Of a DNA stretch of 64,000 bases, positions 11,807 through 25,951 are shown one piece after another. The translations under genes were made by a program, and so were the position numbers. The DNA comes from Eledone cirrhosa (taxonomy: Eukaryota). The number at the start of each line of letters is the position of its first letter. Positions within the stretch are counted from its first letter, which is position 1. The stretch is from the NCBI GenBank assembly GCA_964016885.1, contig OZ024762.1, positions 11,594,001-11,658,000 of the forward strand, in the 5' to 3' direction. The notes under the pieces were generated by a model. The model was given only the letters and a program-made list of their open reading frames with translations, was not told where the DNA came from and did not search any database.

Positions 11807-12366
11807 TTCTAGATGTTTAGGGGAGCTGAGCCGCTGGGCCTCTGACAACGAGATTCTTGTTATTGTTGGTAGTTCGTCTTATTGAAGTATCAGGAGGTGC
11901 TTGTGAGGTGGTGTTTGGCTATTCCAGCAGCTTAGCCTTGCTATCTCATACGGAAATACCGTGAGTAGCTTGCATTAAAACATTTTTAGAGGGAATCTCC
12001 ATTATGTAATTGAATGTGCATGTCTTCTGTCTCCCTCCTCTTTTTCTTTGGCTAATTTCTAATGGCTTCTCTCTTTTGTAAATCATATTCCTTATACAGG
12101 GTTGCCACTGAAAAACTTGTTCGTTTTTTTTGCAGGTTATAGAGCATCCCTTGTTTTTCATACATAATACTGAAAAAAATCCATTACTTATATTTCCAAA
12201 TAAAATGAAAATAAAATAAAAAACACGTGTTTGTAAAAGTTATTTTTGTTTTATATCATTCAGCTTTTCAGTGGCCACTCTATATAAATTGTGAAGCGGC
12301 AAATAGGCAGAATTTTTAGAACGTCAGTTTGCGGAATTCGTTCCGCCTCTCTCTGTTTTTTTTTTT

Positions 12367-12960
12367 CCGTTCGGATGCGGAATCTGTGGTTCTCGCCCTA
12401 ACCGCAGCATCCAAGATGTGGGAAGAAGCAAAAGAGTCACTGAGACGTCCCAGACAAAGCATTAGCCCGGGCAAACATCTCCTCAATCTTGGAACCGCCT
12501 GGGTTGTCCAGAATTGATGGGAAAAGACCTGGCGGCCTTACCCTGTGCTCCTGGACGAGAGGCAGGTGCCTTGTCTGGGACGTCACAGTTAATGACTCTT
12601 GCTTCTTCCCACATCCTGGATGCTGCAGTTAGGGCGAGAGCCACAGCTTCCGCAGCCGAACAGAACGAAATCCTAAAATACCGTGATCTGTCGGCCAACT
12701 ACATTTTCTTCCAGCCTGTGGCGTTCGAGACATTTGGGGAAGTCGGGCTACTGACTGCGAGATTCATATCTTCACCGGCTGCTCGCCTAACAGAGGTAAC
12801 TGGTGGAGCTCATGGTTGCCTCAAAAATTATTAGAGAGATTTCCCAGTGCTCCTCGCGATATCGTTATCTTTTACTTTGGTTGTCCACCCCTTTCGCCTG
12901 CCTTTTGTTGTATGTGGTCCCATATGTGTGTGCATTTCAAATAATTATAAAAATAATCAA
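12367..12960 (+). pseudogene. CRE-like non-LTR retrotransposon 3' fragment (restriction-like endonuclease domain, frameshifted) with inverted 5' segment
   Basis: LEPPGLSRIDGKRPGGLTLCSWTRGRCLVWDVTV / TLASSH...AEQNEILKYRDL..YIFFQPVAFETFG matches the RPD...WDVT...K..KY...P.A.ET.G RLE pattern; 12367-12461 is an inverted copy of 12567-12664. Confidence 0.8.
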
Positions 12961-14691
12961 GAATTTGGAAGGATTAAGTCAAACTCTCTGCGTTCTGAGT
13001 TCAAATCCAACCGAAGTCAACTTTGCCTTTCATCTTCACGACGGAGGATAAATCGGGCGAACGTGCACAGAACACATCAGTCCAAGTTATTGATCACAAC
13101 CGAAAAAAAGAATTTGAACGCAGAACAGAATTCCAAAATAAACTGAATATTATACACTTTTAGATTATGTAATTTTTAATAGTATTTATCATGACCTTTT
13201 TGTTAACATTCTTGAACATTTGTAATGAGGTGGGTTTTCATATATTCAATTTGGCATTTGTTGTCTTAACATCTGTTCAATGAATGTGCTAGTCACAATT
13301 TACCAAACTGTTCGCGGTGGTGGGTGAAGTTGTTGGTGAAGATTTATAAGTTATCTCCCTTGATATTTATCAACGCCTGCGAAACTATCCTGTTGAGAAG
13401 AGGGAGAGGTATTCTAGCTGAAGCAGGTCATTTGGGTGATGACTGACAGGTCACTAGGTTGAAAATGGAGAAATAGATGACAAACATATTAATGAAAAAT
13501 CGGCCAACCTGAGAGGTAACGAGTGTCTGGGCCAGTTTTAAGACCTACGTATACATACATGCATGTATGTGCAAGCAAGCATGGACCCTTAATTCATGAT
13601 GGATTCGTAGCATACATCTTAGGCATATCAAACCTCGTGGCGCTCATCACGGTCGAGGTTTGAACACAGACGATTTCTCCGAGAGAGGATGGGTGAGGTG
13701 AGACGGACAGGCGGAGAGAAAAAGAAACTCCGCCCCTGTAATTGGCTGCCATTTTTGGTTTTTATCGACCTCGAAAGAATGAGAAGCAAAAGTTCACTTC
13801 CATATAATTTTAACTTTCGGCGCAGACAGCTGGAACGAATACTGCCTTCTAACTGACACTTTGCTTATATATATATATGTTATGTATGTATAGGTGTATA
13901 TAAATATGTGTATGTGTATATATATAGAGAGAGAGAGAAAAGAGAGAGGAGGGGGATTTCTAGTAATTCTCTGGAGAATTGGTTGACCAAATGCTTTGCT
14001 TAATTGTTTTATTTATTTTTAAAAAAATGTTATTCTTTCTCTTAGACTTCAGGTATTTTTTAAAAGCTAAGCATTGACCCCTAAAATACTACAGAGGGCC
14101 CTGCAATGTTACCGTGGGGCTCATTGCCATTGGACAACCTGGCAACCTGGCCAATCTACCACTGATGATGATTATATATGAGAGATAGAATGCAACAGAG
14201 AATCAACTTCATTGCTAGACTGGTATTTTATTGTTTGACCAAAAACAGAAATGAAAGAAAGAAAACTCGACCGTAGTGCAGGATTTGAATTTGGAATGCA
14301 GTGAGACAAAATGTTGTCACATAGCTATCTGTAAATTTGTCACGTATGCCTCACTGTAACCAGTAACTCAATACAGTGACGTTAATGTAATATATACAGT
14401 GCAATCAAAGGCTTACTGTTAGTTTATTGAAATTCCATACCATATCCTAGTTTTAAATCCCTTCCAGTTTATATACATGTGTATAACATATATATATATA
14501 ACATATAGTAATAATAATAAATTTGAAGACTAAAATCCAAAGAGGGCTCGATAAGGATAAATATATATCAAATATATAAGAACCGTAGAGCAAATATTTA
14601 TTAAAATAACAGATTAAAGTTTAAGCAAAGAATCGCTGCTTTCACCCTTAACGGGATCTTCTGAATATAACATATATATATATATATATAT

Positions 14692-14876
14692 AAGTTATTC
14701 CGGGTTGAATCGGAGGTAACTACAGTAAGTAAGGTACTCAATATATAGCAGAGTATAAATGTTTTAATATAGAAGAGCTTCTACAAGACTAGAACTGTTT
14801 CATTCGTGAGAAATCATCAGGAAGCGCTTCCTGATGATTTCTCATGAATGAAACAGTTCTAGTCCTGTAGAAGCTC

Positions 14877-14880
<4 letters not shown>
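14692..14880. mobile_element. Hammerhead fold-back element; palindrome 14771-14880 with full type I HHR on + (14826-14874) and - (14777-14825)
   Basis: GCTTC-CTGATGA-TTTCtcatGAAT-GAAACAG-ttctagtc-CTGTA-GAAGC; 4-bp stem III, GUA triplet; family copies 24850-24912 (core mutated) and 25430-25540. Confidence 0.85.
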
Positions 14881-15478
<598 letters not shown>

Positions 15479-16183
15479 CACACACACACACAAACATATA
15501 TATATATGTATAAAGCCATGTGGCTGAGTGGAGAGAGAATTGGATTTGCAATCAGGATGTTGTGAGTTCGATTCCCAGACCGGGCGATGCGTTGTGTCCT
15601 TGAGCAAGACACTTTATTTCGCGTTGCGACTGATAGATAGTATTAGCAATTGGAAAGACCAATGGAAGCATTGTTTACTTGGTCCAATTTGACAAAAGTC
15701 GATCGTTCCTTTATATATATATCATCATCATCATCATCCTCATTTTACGTCCGCTTTTCCCAGCTTGCAAGGGTGGGACGGGAACTGATTCTGGCTTGAT
15801 TTCTACAGCTGGATGCCCTTCCTAACACCAACCTCATTTACAGTGAGTGCTGGGTGCTTTTTTTTTTGCCGTGGCGCCTTCACGACCACTTTACAGTGGA
15901 ATGATAGAGACCCCAGTCCTATCATCTCATTTCTACAGCTGAGTAAACTGGAGCAATGTGAAATAAAGTGTCTTGCTCAAGGAAACAACACATCACTCAG
16001 TCTGAGAATTGAACTCACAACCTTTCGATTGCAAGGCCAAAGCTCTAACCACTAAGCCATGTGCCTTCTATGTATATATATATATATATGCGTGAAACTA
16101 ATACACATATCATTTGTACTGCCTCTCTGTTTTTTGTTCTCTGTTCATTTATTAAACTATATATATATATATACATATATATA

Positions 16184-16270
<87 letters not shown>

Positions 16271-16836
16271 TCTGTGTGTTTATGTTCTTGCCAATGAAAC
16301 TCTAACCCAGTGTTGTTGTTTCTATCCCATAGTTTTGCTGATTCAATAAACTAAATAGTAAAATCAATAAAACGAATACCTGACTGGAATAAACACTGGA
16401 GTCAATATGTTTGATCACTCCACCCAGTAATGCAGTGGCTGCAGTCCATTGACTGTAATCTGTTAAAGAATTTTATACACAGACACACATATAAATAGAA
16501 TATTTGTATGCATGTGTGTATATGTATATGTACATAAATATTTGAAAAATATCTATGAGATATATATATATGTATAAATATATATATATATATATACAGG
16601 AGGAAGTTATAGTTCAATTGAAGCATTGCATAGTGAGGTATAAACGTTTGTATTTGTAAGGCCAAAACAATGCAGGTATGGATATAGAATATAAATGCAA
16701 ATGCAAAAGATATTGTTGACAATTAGACTTTTACCTTAAATTTATTTAAATATCCTAAATTTTCGAGATAGGGAGTAAAGTGGTTAAACCAGCATTCTAA
16801 ATAGAACGTTTATATATATATATATATATTTATATA

Positions 16837-16925
<89 letters not shown>

Positions 16926-17115
16926 GGTGGTCATGTAGGTGTCACAACAATAAGCACCCAGTAGTCACTTTAAATGTGGTTGGTGTTAGGAAGGGCATCC
17001 AGCTGTAGAAATCAAGCCAGAAACAGTTACATTTATGTAAATCAAGGTCTTTTGACCTGATTCTCACAAAGAGACTACCATGCTAGCATGGAAAATGGAC
17101 GTTAAATGATGATAA

Positions 17116-17174
<59 letters not shown>

Positions 17175-17248
17175 ATATATATATCGGTGTAAATATTCAT
17201 AGGTGTGACAAAGGAAAAGGAAAATGGAAAAGAGTGCTCAATCAGGTA

Positions 17249-17309
17249 TTTCATTTACCAGTGGTTTCTTGAAAGCAAGCAAAATTTGCTTTCAGTCATC
17301 AGAATGAAA
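17249..17309 (-). ncRNA. Type I hammerhead ribozyme motif
   Basis: TTTCATT-CTGATGA-C-TGAAAGCAA..TTGCTTTCA-A-GAAA-CCACTGGT-A-AATGAAA; 7-bp stem I, 9-bp stem II, GUA triplet. Confidence 0.85.
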
Positions 17310-17529
17310 AAATCCTGGTGTATTTATTGACAGTGGATTTTTAAAATATATCTATCTATATATGTGTGTATGAAACTCCAGGGTATATATATATATATAT
17401 ATGCATTTATACACACACACACACACATATTCATAAAAGCATGGAAAAACAGACGTAAAATGATGATATGCAAATTTCAATAAGTGGAGGAGGAGAAAGA
17501 ATTCTTCATATCAGCAATCAACCTTTTTC

Positions 17530-18100
17530 AATTATCATCATCATCACCATCACCACTGTCATCATCATCATCACTATCATCATCATCACCACCACCACCA
17601 TCTTCATCACTAACACCACATCCATTATTATCATCATCAACGCCACAACCACCACCACCACCATCACAACAACCACCACCACCACCATCACAACAACCAC
17701 CACCACCACCACCATCACAACAACCACCACCACCACCATCACAACCACCACCACCACCACCATCACAACAACCACCACCACCACCATCACAACAACCACC
17801 ACCACCACCATCACAACAACCACCACCACCACCACCATCACAACAACCACCACCACCACCATCACAACCACCACCACCACCACCATCACAACAACCACCA
17901 CCACCACCATCACCACCACCACCACCACCACCATCACAACAACCACCACCACCACCATCACAACAACCACCACCACCACCACCATCACAACAACCACCAC
18001 CATCATCACAATAACCACCACCATCATCACTGCCATCATCATCACTATGATTACCACCACAACCATCATCACTATTGTCACCGTCATCATCATCATCATC
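17530..18100. repeat. (CAC/CAT/CAA)n compound microsatellite with a ~24-bp higher unit
   Basis: ACCATCACAACAACCACCACCACC iterations. Confidence 0.9.
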
Positions 18101-18669
18101 TGCAGCAGAAACATTATTATCTACAGAAACATTAGGGCTGCAACCAAATACCAAACTAAAAGACAGGGCCTGATTCGAAGGAGATTTGACTGCTGTTTCT
18201 AGCAGAGGATAGAACCATTAGATATAGAAAGAGAAAGAGAGAGTGGGATGGAATCCAAGAATGAATAAAAGAGAGAGAGAGAAAGAATAAGAAATAGAGA
18301 GAAAGAAAAGGGGTGTATTTAAAAGGGAGAGAGAGTAAATGAGAGAAAGAGAAAAGAAGAGGGCGTGTTTAAAAGAGAGAGAGAGACAGAGAGTTTAAGA
18401 AATGGAGTATAATATAAAGAGAGAGAGATGGGGGGGGGGGGATAATAATAGAGAAGAAAAAAGATAATATATGAATTTAAAAGAGAGAGAGAGTTAAAGA
18501 AAGGGAGTGAGTAAGAAAGAAAAAGAGAGAGATAATATTTTGCCTGGACCGGCTACGTAGCCTATTCCATATCTTTACTTCCTGACAGTAGTCGGGAGTG
18601 ATATCGTATCATTCCAATACTAAAATAGGATATGTTTTTTTCAAACTGGCAAAGGTGCTTGCTATTAGG

Positions 18670-19335
18670 GCGGCGGATTTGACAGAATCGTAAGAGCGTT
18701 GGATAAAATGGTTTGTAGCATTTAGTTATGGCCCTTTACGTTCTGAGTTCAAATCCCGCCGGGGTTAACTTTACCTTTCACCCGTCTGAGGTCGATAAAA
18801 TACAATATCAGCAGTGTCGGATTTACCATTGTGCTCAAGAGCATTGTTTCAAGGGGGTACCAGGGAACAAGTCCCCCTTCACACAAACGTTTTCAAACGT
18901 CTATTATTTTTAAGCTTATTTGTTTATATCTGAACTTCATTTGAATATATAAAATTGAATTAGCGTAAAATTTTACTTATGTGATAGGGTCCAGAAAGGC
19001 ACATTAAGCAATTTATGCTCCTTTAAGAATCAACAAATGTTGGTTTGTCCCCCCTCACATTTTAAAGGCAAACGAGGTCCCTGATTGTGCTTATGTGTGC
19101 TTAACCGCAGGGGCCCGTTGGCCAGGGGAGCCCATTTCCATGCCCCCCAAAATTCTTTTTTACCGGGCCTAACTCCTTCAGAGCCCCAAATATGGCGCCC
19201 CATAACTTAACTAGCACAGGGCCTCATTTGTCCTAAATCCCGCACCGAGTACCAGTCAAGTATAATCGACTTCTCCCCAACCTCACTCACTCAATTTGCT
19301 GGCCCTGAGCCTAGATAAAAAAACAACGATTATAA
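18670..19335 (+). mobile_element. SINE family B split by a hAT-type MITE; other copies 19758-19942 (+), 32273-32460 (-), 37637-37830 and 37831-38020 (-), partial 35380-35500, 36445-36594, 58110-58260
   Basis: GAGTTCAAATCCCGCC B-box, CTTTCATCC..GGTCGATAAAATAAAGTACCAG body, GCCTTGTGCCAAAAGTAGAAACAATTATT tail. Confidence 0.85.
18812..19247. mobile_element. hAT-type MITE nested in SINE B
   Basis: TIRs CAGTGTCGGATTTA / TAAATCCCGCACCG; degenerate 8-bp TSD AATATCAG / AGTACCAG; homologous to 59979-60351. Confidence 0.8.
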
Positions 19336-20229
19336 TAAACCTTTAAGGCTTTGTGGCTGAATTAGAAAGAATTATTACAAACATACGTCTACTACCAAGA
19401 CATCTGACCAACAAACAGATCAGGTGATCCTTTGTTATCGGTAGACGAAATGTAAACAAACAAATTGTCATCATCTGTTATTCTCTGCAATTCCACCGGC
19501 AAAAGCCATCTATTGCAATGATTTTCCGAATTCTTTATTAGGCGATGAAAATAAAATACCACATCATACCAGGGGCGATGGAACTGCCCCCTTCTCACCA
19601 ATAATTATATATTTTTCTCCCCAAACTACCAAAACACACATCTGTTTGTAATATGCGCTACAATTTATGTAGCATACATGTTATGTTTATCGCATATCGA
19701 AGTGTTTAATATCTTGGTTGATATTTGATAATAACAGTGTAATATATTGTCTTTTAGGGAGGATTGGCAGAATCGGTAGAGGGTCGGACACAATGCTTTG
19801 ACGCATAGTTACGGCCCTTGCCATTCTGAGTTCAAATCCCGCCGAGGTTAACTTTGCTTTTCATCCTTACGGGGTCGATAAAATAAAGTACCTGTAATGC
19901 ACTGGGTATTTGCAGCCTTGTGCCAAAAAGTAGAAACAATTATGTCTTTTAGAGGGCAAAGAGCTAAACTAATCACTACAACTAAATTTATCAAATTTTG
20001 ACTCCCTTAATTCAGAAATGCTTCCATCGTCCCTACATTCACCCTCCATAAAGGCATGGCATACTGGACAATGTAAATTATGTCCCGACAAAGATGGGTT
20101 ATAGGCAGAAGGCCTTTGATCAGAAATTTGCATGATCAGGCCAGTAACAGCATCCCTTACAAATATCACTGCCATTACAACAATATTTACTAATTGCTAA
20201 CGAAATAGCTTATGCATAATTTAGTCGCT

Positions 20230-20580
20230 ACACCCATTAAAACATAGCAGTCAAATTACCCCCAAATCACTACGAGACAATGAAGGAGTCTTTACATAGT
20301 TTAATCGCTTGACATATAAAAATAACAGCCAAATTACCCTCAAAACATCGAGACAATGAAGGCGTCTTTACATAGTTTAGCTGCTCGACTTTAAAAATAG
20401 CAGCCAAATTTCCCTCAAAATACATCGAGACAATCAAAGGAGTCTTTACATAGTTTAATCGCTCCACCCATTAAAAAATAGCAGCCAATTTTCACTCAAA
20501 ACAGATCGTGACAATGAAGGACCCTTTACGTAGTTTAGTTGCTCGACATATTAAAAATAGCAGCCAAATTTCCTTCAAAA
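20230..20580 (+). repeat. ~75-bp tandem repeat x4-5 inside an interspersed repeat related to 20970-21165
   Basis: AAATAGCAGCCAAATT..CTCAAAA.ATCGAGACAATGAAGG.GTCTTTACATAGTTTA units. Confidence 0.75.
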
Positions 20581-23312
20581 CATTCTACTTGCGTTAAAAA
20601 AGGAAAAAGAACACGTTAGACAAAGCAATTTTAGAGAAGGAAAAACAAGGATGATGGAATATTTTTGAACATGAGTCTGTCTGCTCGCTGGGATTGACCT
20701 AGGGTTAAACAACAAGAGCACCATTGCCAAAACATCGGCCACCGACTGGCATAGAGAGAGAAAGGGAGAAGTAGACAGAAGGGGAGAGATTGATTGAGAT
20801 AAAGGGGAAAGGAGAGTTTACAGAGAGAGAAGGGGAAAAGAGAGAAATAGAGGTAAGGAGAGACAAAGAGTGAGAGAGAGATACAATTACCATTCCACAG
20901 CCATCAACACTACCACTAACACCATTATCATCACTTTCACCACCATCTCCAACAACAACAACAACACACATGAGCCGACGTGGAGAGCTTCTACGTTGAC
21001 GCTCGACTTGCTAGACATAGCAGCCAAATTTCTCTAAAATCACAATAAAAAGAAACACATTAGACAATGTTGTCAAAAAATAAATCTGATGGCATGGCCA
21101 TGACTGGAATGTTTTTTAACCACGGGCCTGTATTATCTGGGCTGACCTGAAGCTAAACAACAACCAGAGAGCACTTCTTAAGTCGCACACAACCACCGGC
21201 CGAGTGAGAAGGAGAGAGAAAGCATTCTACACATTAACACCGCCATCGTCACCATCATCACCCTTCACCAACACCACCATCAACATCTTTCACTATCCCT
21301 ACCATCACTAATACTACTACCATCACCATTGTCATGGTCATCATCATAACCACCACCACCACCACCTTCACTACCACCACACTTCACTAATACTACTACC
21401 ATCACCATTGTCATCGTCATCATCATAACCACCACCACCACCACCACCACCTTCACTACCACCACACTTCACCATCACCACCATCACTAATATTACTACC
21501 ATCACCACTGCCATCACTGTTATCGTCATCATCATAACCACCATCACCATTACTAACACGCCATCACCAAACCACCACCAGCACCAACAGCACCATAACC
21601 CTTCACCACCACCACCACCATTACTAACACTATTACTACTGCTACACCGCCACTGCCACCATCACCAAACCACCACCACCATCACTACTAACTCTACTAC
21701 CACCACTACCACTACTAACACTACTACCACCACCATTACTAACACTACTACTACCACCACTGACACCACTTTTCAAAACATCATTACCAACAATGACAAT
21801 ACCACTTTCACTCATCTAACACCACTATCACCACCACCACTACCACCACCATCACCACTACCACCACTGGTAAGACAAACATCCCCCCTCCCACCATCAT
21901 CTTACAAATCCCCACCACCGCTCCCATTAACTAGTACCAACAACGACATCAACACCACTCCTGTTAACATCACCAACACCACCACCACCATCACCAACAC
22001 AACACGCTCTTCGCCATCATCGACAGCATCATCACCACTATCATCATTAACATTAGTACCAACATCGACTCCACCACCGCTAACATCAGTGTCACCCCTC
22101 CCCCAACCCCATCAGTACCAACACATCCCCACCACCATCAGTACCAACACCTCTCCCACCACCACCGCCACTAACATCAGTGCCACCACCACCACCATCA
22201 ACACCAACAACTGTCCTACTACCACCACCAACACCACCACCACCACCTCTCCCATCGCCACCACCACCAGCACCACCAACACCACCACCAGTACCACCAC
22301 CACGACCAGTACCAACATCAGCACCACCGCCTCTCCCACCACCACCACCACCATTAATACACCATCTCTCCCATCGCCACCAGTACCACCAACACCTCTC
22401 CCACCGCCACCTCTCCCACCACCACCACTATTAACATTACCAGTTCTCTATGTAGTCCCTTCTCTGCTTTGACGCTTTCATTACTTACTCTCTCCCTTCA
22501 TGTCTCTCTCTCTATCTCTCTCAATTACTTACCAGCTGAAATAATTAGAACTAGCCATCAACATTTTCGCTTCGGCTCCCATCGTTTGCTTTCTTCTTTT
22601 ATTTTAAAACTAACTTTACATATTATTATCTGGGTCCATAACGCCTCTACTCTAAACCACGCTGTCTAACTGTCTTATTACTAATTATTTGACATATTTT
22701 TATCACGGATTCCTTCTTCAAAACATTATTCGGACACAACACAACACACGGCATACCTACAATAGAATATCTTTCTATATTTTTCCTGGAAGAAGATGTT
22801 TGTGAACTTTTACACCCTGGCTTACACTCAGTGCTTCTTCAAGTGAGTTATATTAATGCTGTATATTTATCTATATTTATATATATTTATATATATATTT
22901 ATAATTCATTTTATTATTAAGCCGTTTTTGTCTTGACTTGTATAAATATTATTTCTCTCTATTGCCATCTCTCTCTCTCTCTCTAGAGAGAGAGATGTAT
23001 ATATACCGATCGCCTTGTTTAAACTTTATATCATATTTCCCGTCGTCTTGCCTGTCTTGTTTAAACCGATCTATCAGTCTGTCTGTCTGTTGAAACAGCA
23101 GGAGCTCAGCCTCCGGGGTCCCTAATTTTTCATAGTATACAATATATACAGGATGTGTCCCCTCCCCCCCAAATGTATACACACTTCAACACCATTCTAA
23201 TAAATATTGCCTGTACAGGTAATCAAAGTGTGTATACATTTTTTGGGGGGACGAAACCCTGTGTATATATATATATATATATATTTGCAAACTTGACTGT
23301 CACCACAGAATA

Positions 23313-23351
23313 TGAACCTGAAGATTGCGAAAGCATGAAAGTACTTGTTCA
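23313..23351 (+). ncRNA. Minimal type I hammerhead ribozyme motif (39 nt)
   Basis: TGAAC-CTGAAGA-T-TGC-GAAA-GCA-T-GAAA-GTACT-T-GTTCA; perfect 5-bp stem I, GNRA-capped stem II, palindromic AGTACT stem III. Confidence 0.8.
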
Positions 23352-23540
23352 ATTAACCCTTAACATTTAATATTCTACCATACTATTTCATTCTAATACC
23401 ATTATAAATTTTAAAGGATTAAACGAGTAAATCAGACAAAGTTGGAATTCCTTTTATTAATATAATCTTCTATACACAATCATACACATCCGTGTATATT
23501 TATTTATATATAAAAACAAACACACACACACATATATATA

Positions 23541-23821
23541 TATTAGAATATAAATATTAATAAAATAGATGTTCTTTTGATCAATTACATTTTATTATAC
23601 ATATTTCGGATGTACAACAGTACGTCCTCATCAGACAAAATATAATGATACATGACATACCCTGAGATGTTAAATGGTTAAGATTTAATCAAGCAATTTT
23701 TTTATTAATATTTATATTCTAATATTAATAACTCCGGAAAATTATTTTTTCGTAGAGTGCTTCCAATCTACTGTAAAACTCATTCTTTGATATACTCATT
23801 GAATTTTGTTTATCTCTTCAA
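23541..23821. mobile_element. Hammerhead element with inverted 5' part; HHR on - at 23584-23646
   Basis: ATTATATTTTGT-CTGATGA-GGACGTACtgttGTACATCC-GAAA-TATGTATA-ATAAAATGTAAT; 12-bp stem I; ~25-bp inverted duplication 23541-23565 / 23699-23724; colinear copy at 27776-28047. Confidence 0.85.
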
Positions 23822-24110
23822 TATATATATATATGTGTTGATCAATCTATCCGTCGTCGAGCTAAAACCTTTTCCCCGATCAAATTATTTACTTGTCTTG
23901 TCTTATTCTTGAAATATTTCTATCTTAATCTTACACACGATCTAGATTGATTTATTTAATATTTATTTCCATGCAAAGGCTTGACTAATGATAAAATGAC
24001 AATCCTTTTACCGGTATGATGTCTGTATACACACACACCACACCACATCACATAGACACACGTGTGTGTGTGTGTGGTGTATTCTGTTCAGGCCGATCTA
24101 GCCAGCATGG

Positions 24111-24152
<42 letters not shown>

Positions 24153-24501
24153 GTGTGTGTGTGTGTGTGTGTATACATACAGGGTGTCCCCGCCAAATGT
24201 ATACACACTTCAGTAGCACTCTAATATAAGTGTGTATACATTTTAGTGGGGGGGGGGGGCACCCTGTAGATATACATGGCGATTCTCACTAAACGGTATC
24301 TATATTTGTGTGTGTATATATATATATATATATATACATATATATACATACACACATATACATGTGTCTTTCTTCAGGCCGATCTAACCAGCATGGACAT
24401 ATATATATATAAATATATTCTGCTAGCGTAAACCTCTTCAAATGAAGTCGGTGTTTATTACGGTATGTCGAATCTATTTATCTATAAAACTGTTTATATT
24501 G

Positions 24502-24567
24502 TATTTTGTCTGATGAAGGCATAGCATATTGTTAATATGATATCCCCGAAATATATATAATGAAATA
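24502..24567 (+). ncRNA. Minimal type I hammerhead motif (same family as 8437-8764)
   Basis: TATTTTGT-CTGATGA-AGGCATAGCATATTgttAATATGATATCCCC-GAAA-TATATATA-ATGAAATA. Confidence 0.75.
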
Positions 24568-24633
24568 AATATGGTTTTATAAATATAGTTTTCCATTTAT
24601 TTAATATTGTATATATAAATATATATATATATA

Positions 24634-24750
24634 TGATGAGAACGTACTGAAAAAACAACACAGTACCTTTGAAATATATATAATAAAGTATATATTCTGA
24701 TTATACTGTTTTTTCAGTACGTCCTCATCAGACAGAATATATGACTTGAT
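24634..24750. mobile_element. Two truncated, inverted hammerhead halves
   Basis: + strand TGATGA-GAACGTACTG..CAGTACCTTT-GAAA-TATATATA; - strand CTGATGA-GGACGTACTG..CAGTA. Confidence 0.65.
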
Positions 24751-24912
24751 ATATGACATACCGCTACGGTCTTTCACGGTATTTCAATTCCAGTATTGGC
24801 AGTAATAATATATATATAATAATATATATATATATATATATATACGCTATTCCTGATTATTTCTAAAGAATGAAACAGTTCTAGTCCTGTAGAATCTCAT
24901 CTATATTAAAAC

Positions 24913-24950
<38 letters not shown>

Positions 24951-25034
24951 CCATGTTCACTGAACGGTATGTATGTGTGCGTGCGTATAGACACATATGT
25001 GAGTATTCCCTTCAGACCGATCTAGCCAGCATGG

Positions 25035-25067
<33 letters not shown>

Positions 25068-25437
25068 GCCATGCTCACTGAACGGTATTTATATATATAT
25101 ATATATACACACACACATACACACACATACACAGTCTCTCGCCGCGCACTGTTCAGTCCAGTCTAGCCAGTATGGCCAAGGATACAGAGCTGCCTTCTTA
25201 AAATATAGGGGGTTTCTTGTCTCAATTGCTTGACTATCTGGCTATTGTGTCTGTGTGTTTATCACTATTTGAAAAACAACTAAATTCGTTTGTCTACTTC
25301 CTTCACTTTTCACTTCAGTTGTCCACTACATTGCTATTATTACTAACAGAATAGACCACTAAGCATTGCACACACACACACACACACACACACACGCATT
25401 AAGACATTTATATATATATATATATAATATAGAAATG

Positions 25438-25486
25438 CCTTCTACAGGTCTAGAACTGTTTCATTCTAATGAAATCATCAGGAAAA
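25438..25486 (-). ncRNA. Type I hammerhead motif (family of 14826) in a 5'-inverted element 25430-25540
   Basis: TTTTC-CTGATGA-TTTCattaGAAT-GAAACAG-ttctagac-CTGTA-GAAGG. Confidence 0.8.
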
Positions 25487-25538
25487 CTATGTATTGAGTA
25501 CCTTACTTACTGTGGTTACCCCCGATTGAACCCGGGAT

Positions 25539-25579
<41 letters not shown>

Positions 25580-25824
25580 CACGTGTGTATGTGTATGTAT
25601 ATACACGGTGTCCCCCAAAAATGGATACACACTTTGATTATAATGCTGTTGAAATGTATATACATTTTAGAGGGACATCCTGTATATATATATATATGTA
25701 TGTGAGTGTCTGTATATATATACACACACAAACACACCTTCAACATACACACACTCACTGCAATGTCACTGTTTCCTTACAATTCATTCTCCAGAACAAG
25801 GAATGGTAGGTTTGCATACACACC

Positions 25825-25893
<69 letters not shown>

Positions 25894-25951
25894 CCAACCT
25901 AACATTCCTTGTTGTGCGGAATGAATTGTACATATATATATATATATATAT

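Noticed and set aside
11820-12170. 71-aa minus-strand ORF, possible transposase or exon
   Set aside because: No recognisable motif and no supported exon partner.
13728-13760. GC box, reverse CCAAT and YY1-like cluster as a promoter
   Set aside because: Short motifs abutting a SINE B remnant, with no associated gene evident.
14600-14665. CAGAAGA-TCCC..GGGT-GAAAGC hammerhead-like motif on - (similar weak cases near 5120-5155 and 28290-28330)
   Set aside because: Core substitutions and missing stem I; cannot be supported individually, though possibly decayed members of the same class.
17468-18202. Long poly-T/P/V/G-D ORFs in four frames
   Set aside because: Translations of a trinucleotide compound microsatellite; open in most frames, with no recognisable domain.
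19392-20175. Two short minus-strand ORFs (69 and 68 aa) in unique sequence
   Set aside because: No recognisable homology or convincing paired splice sites.
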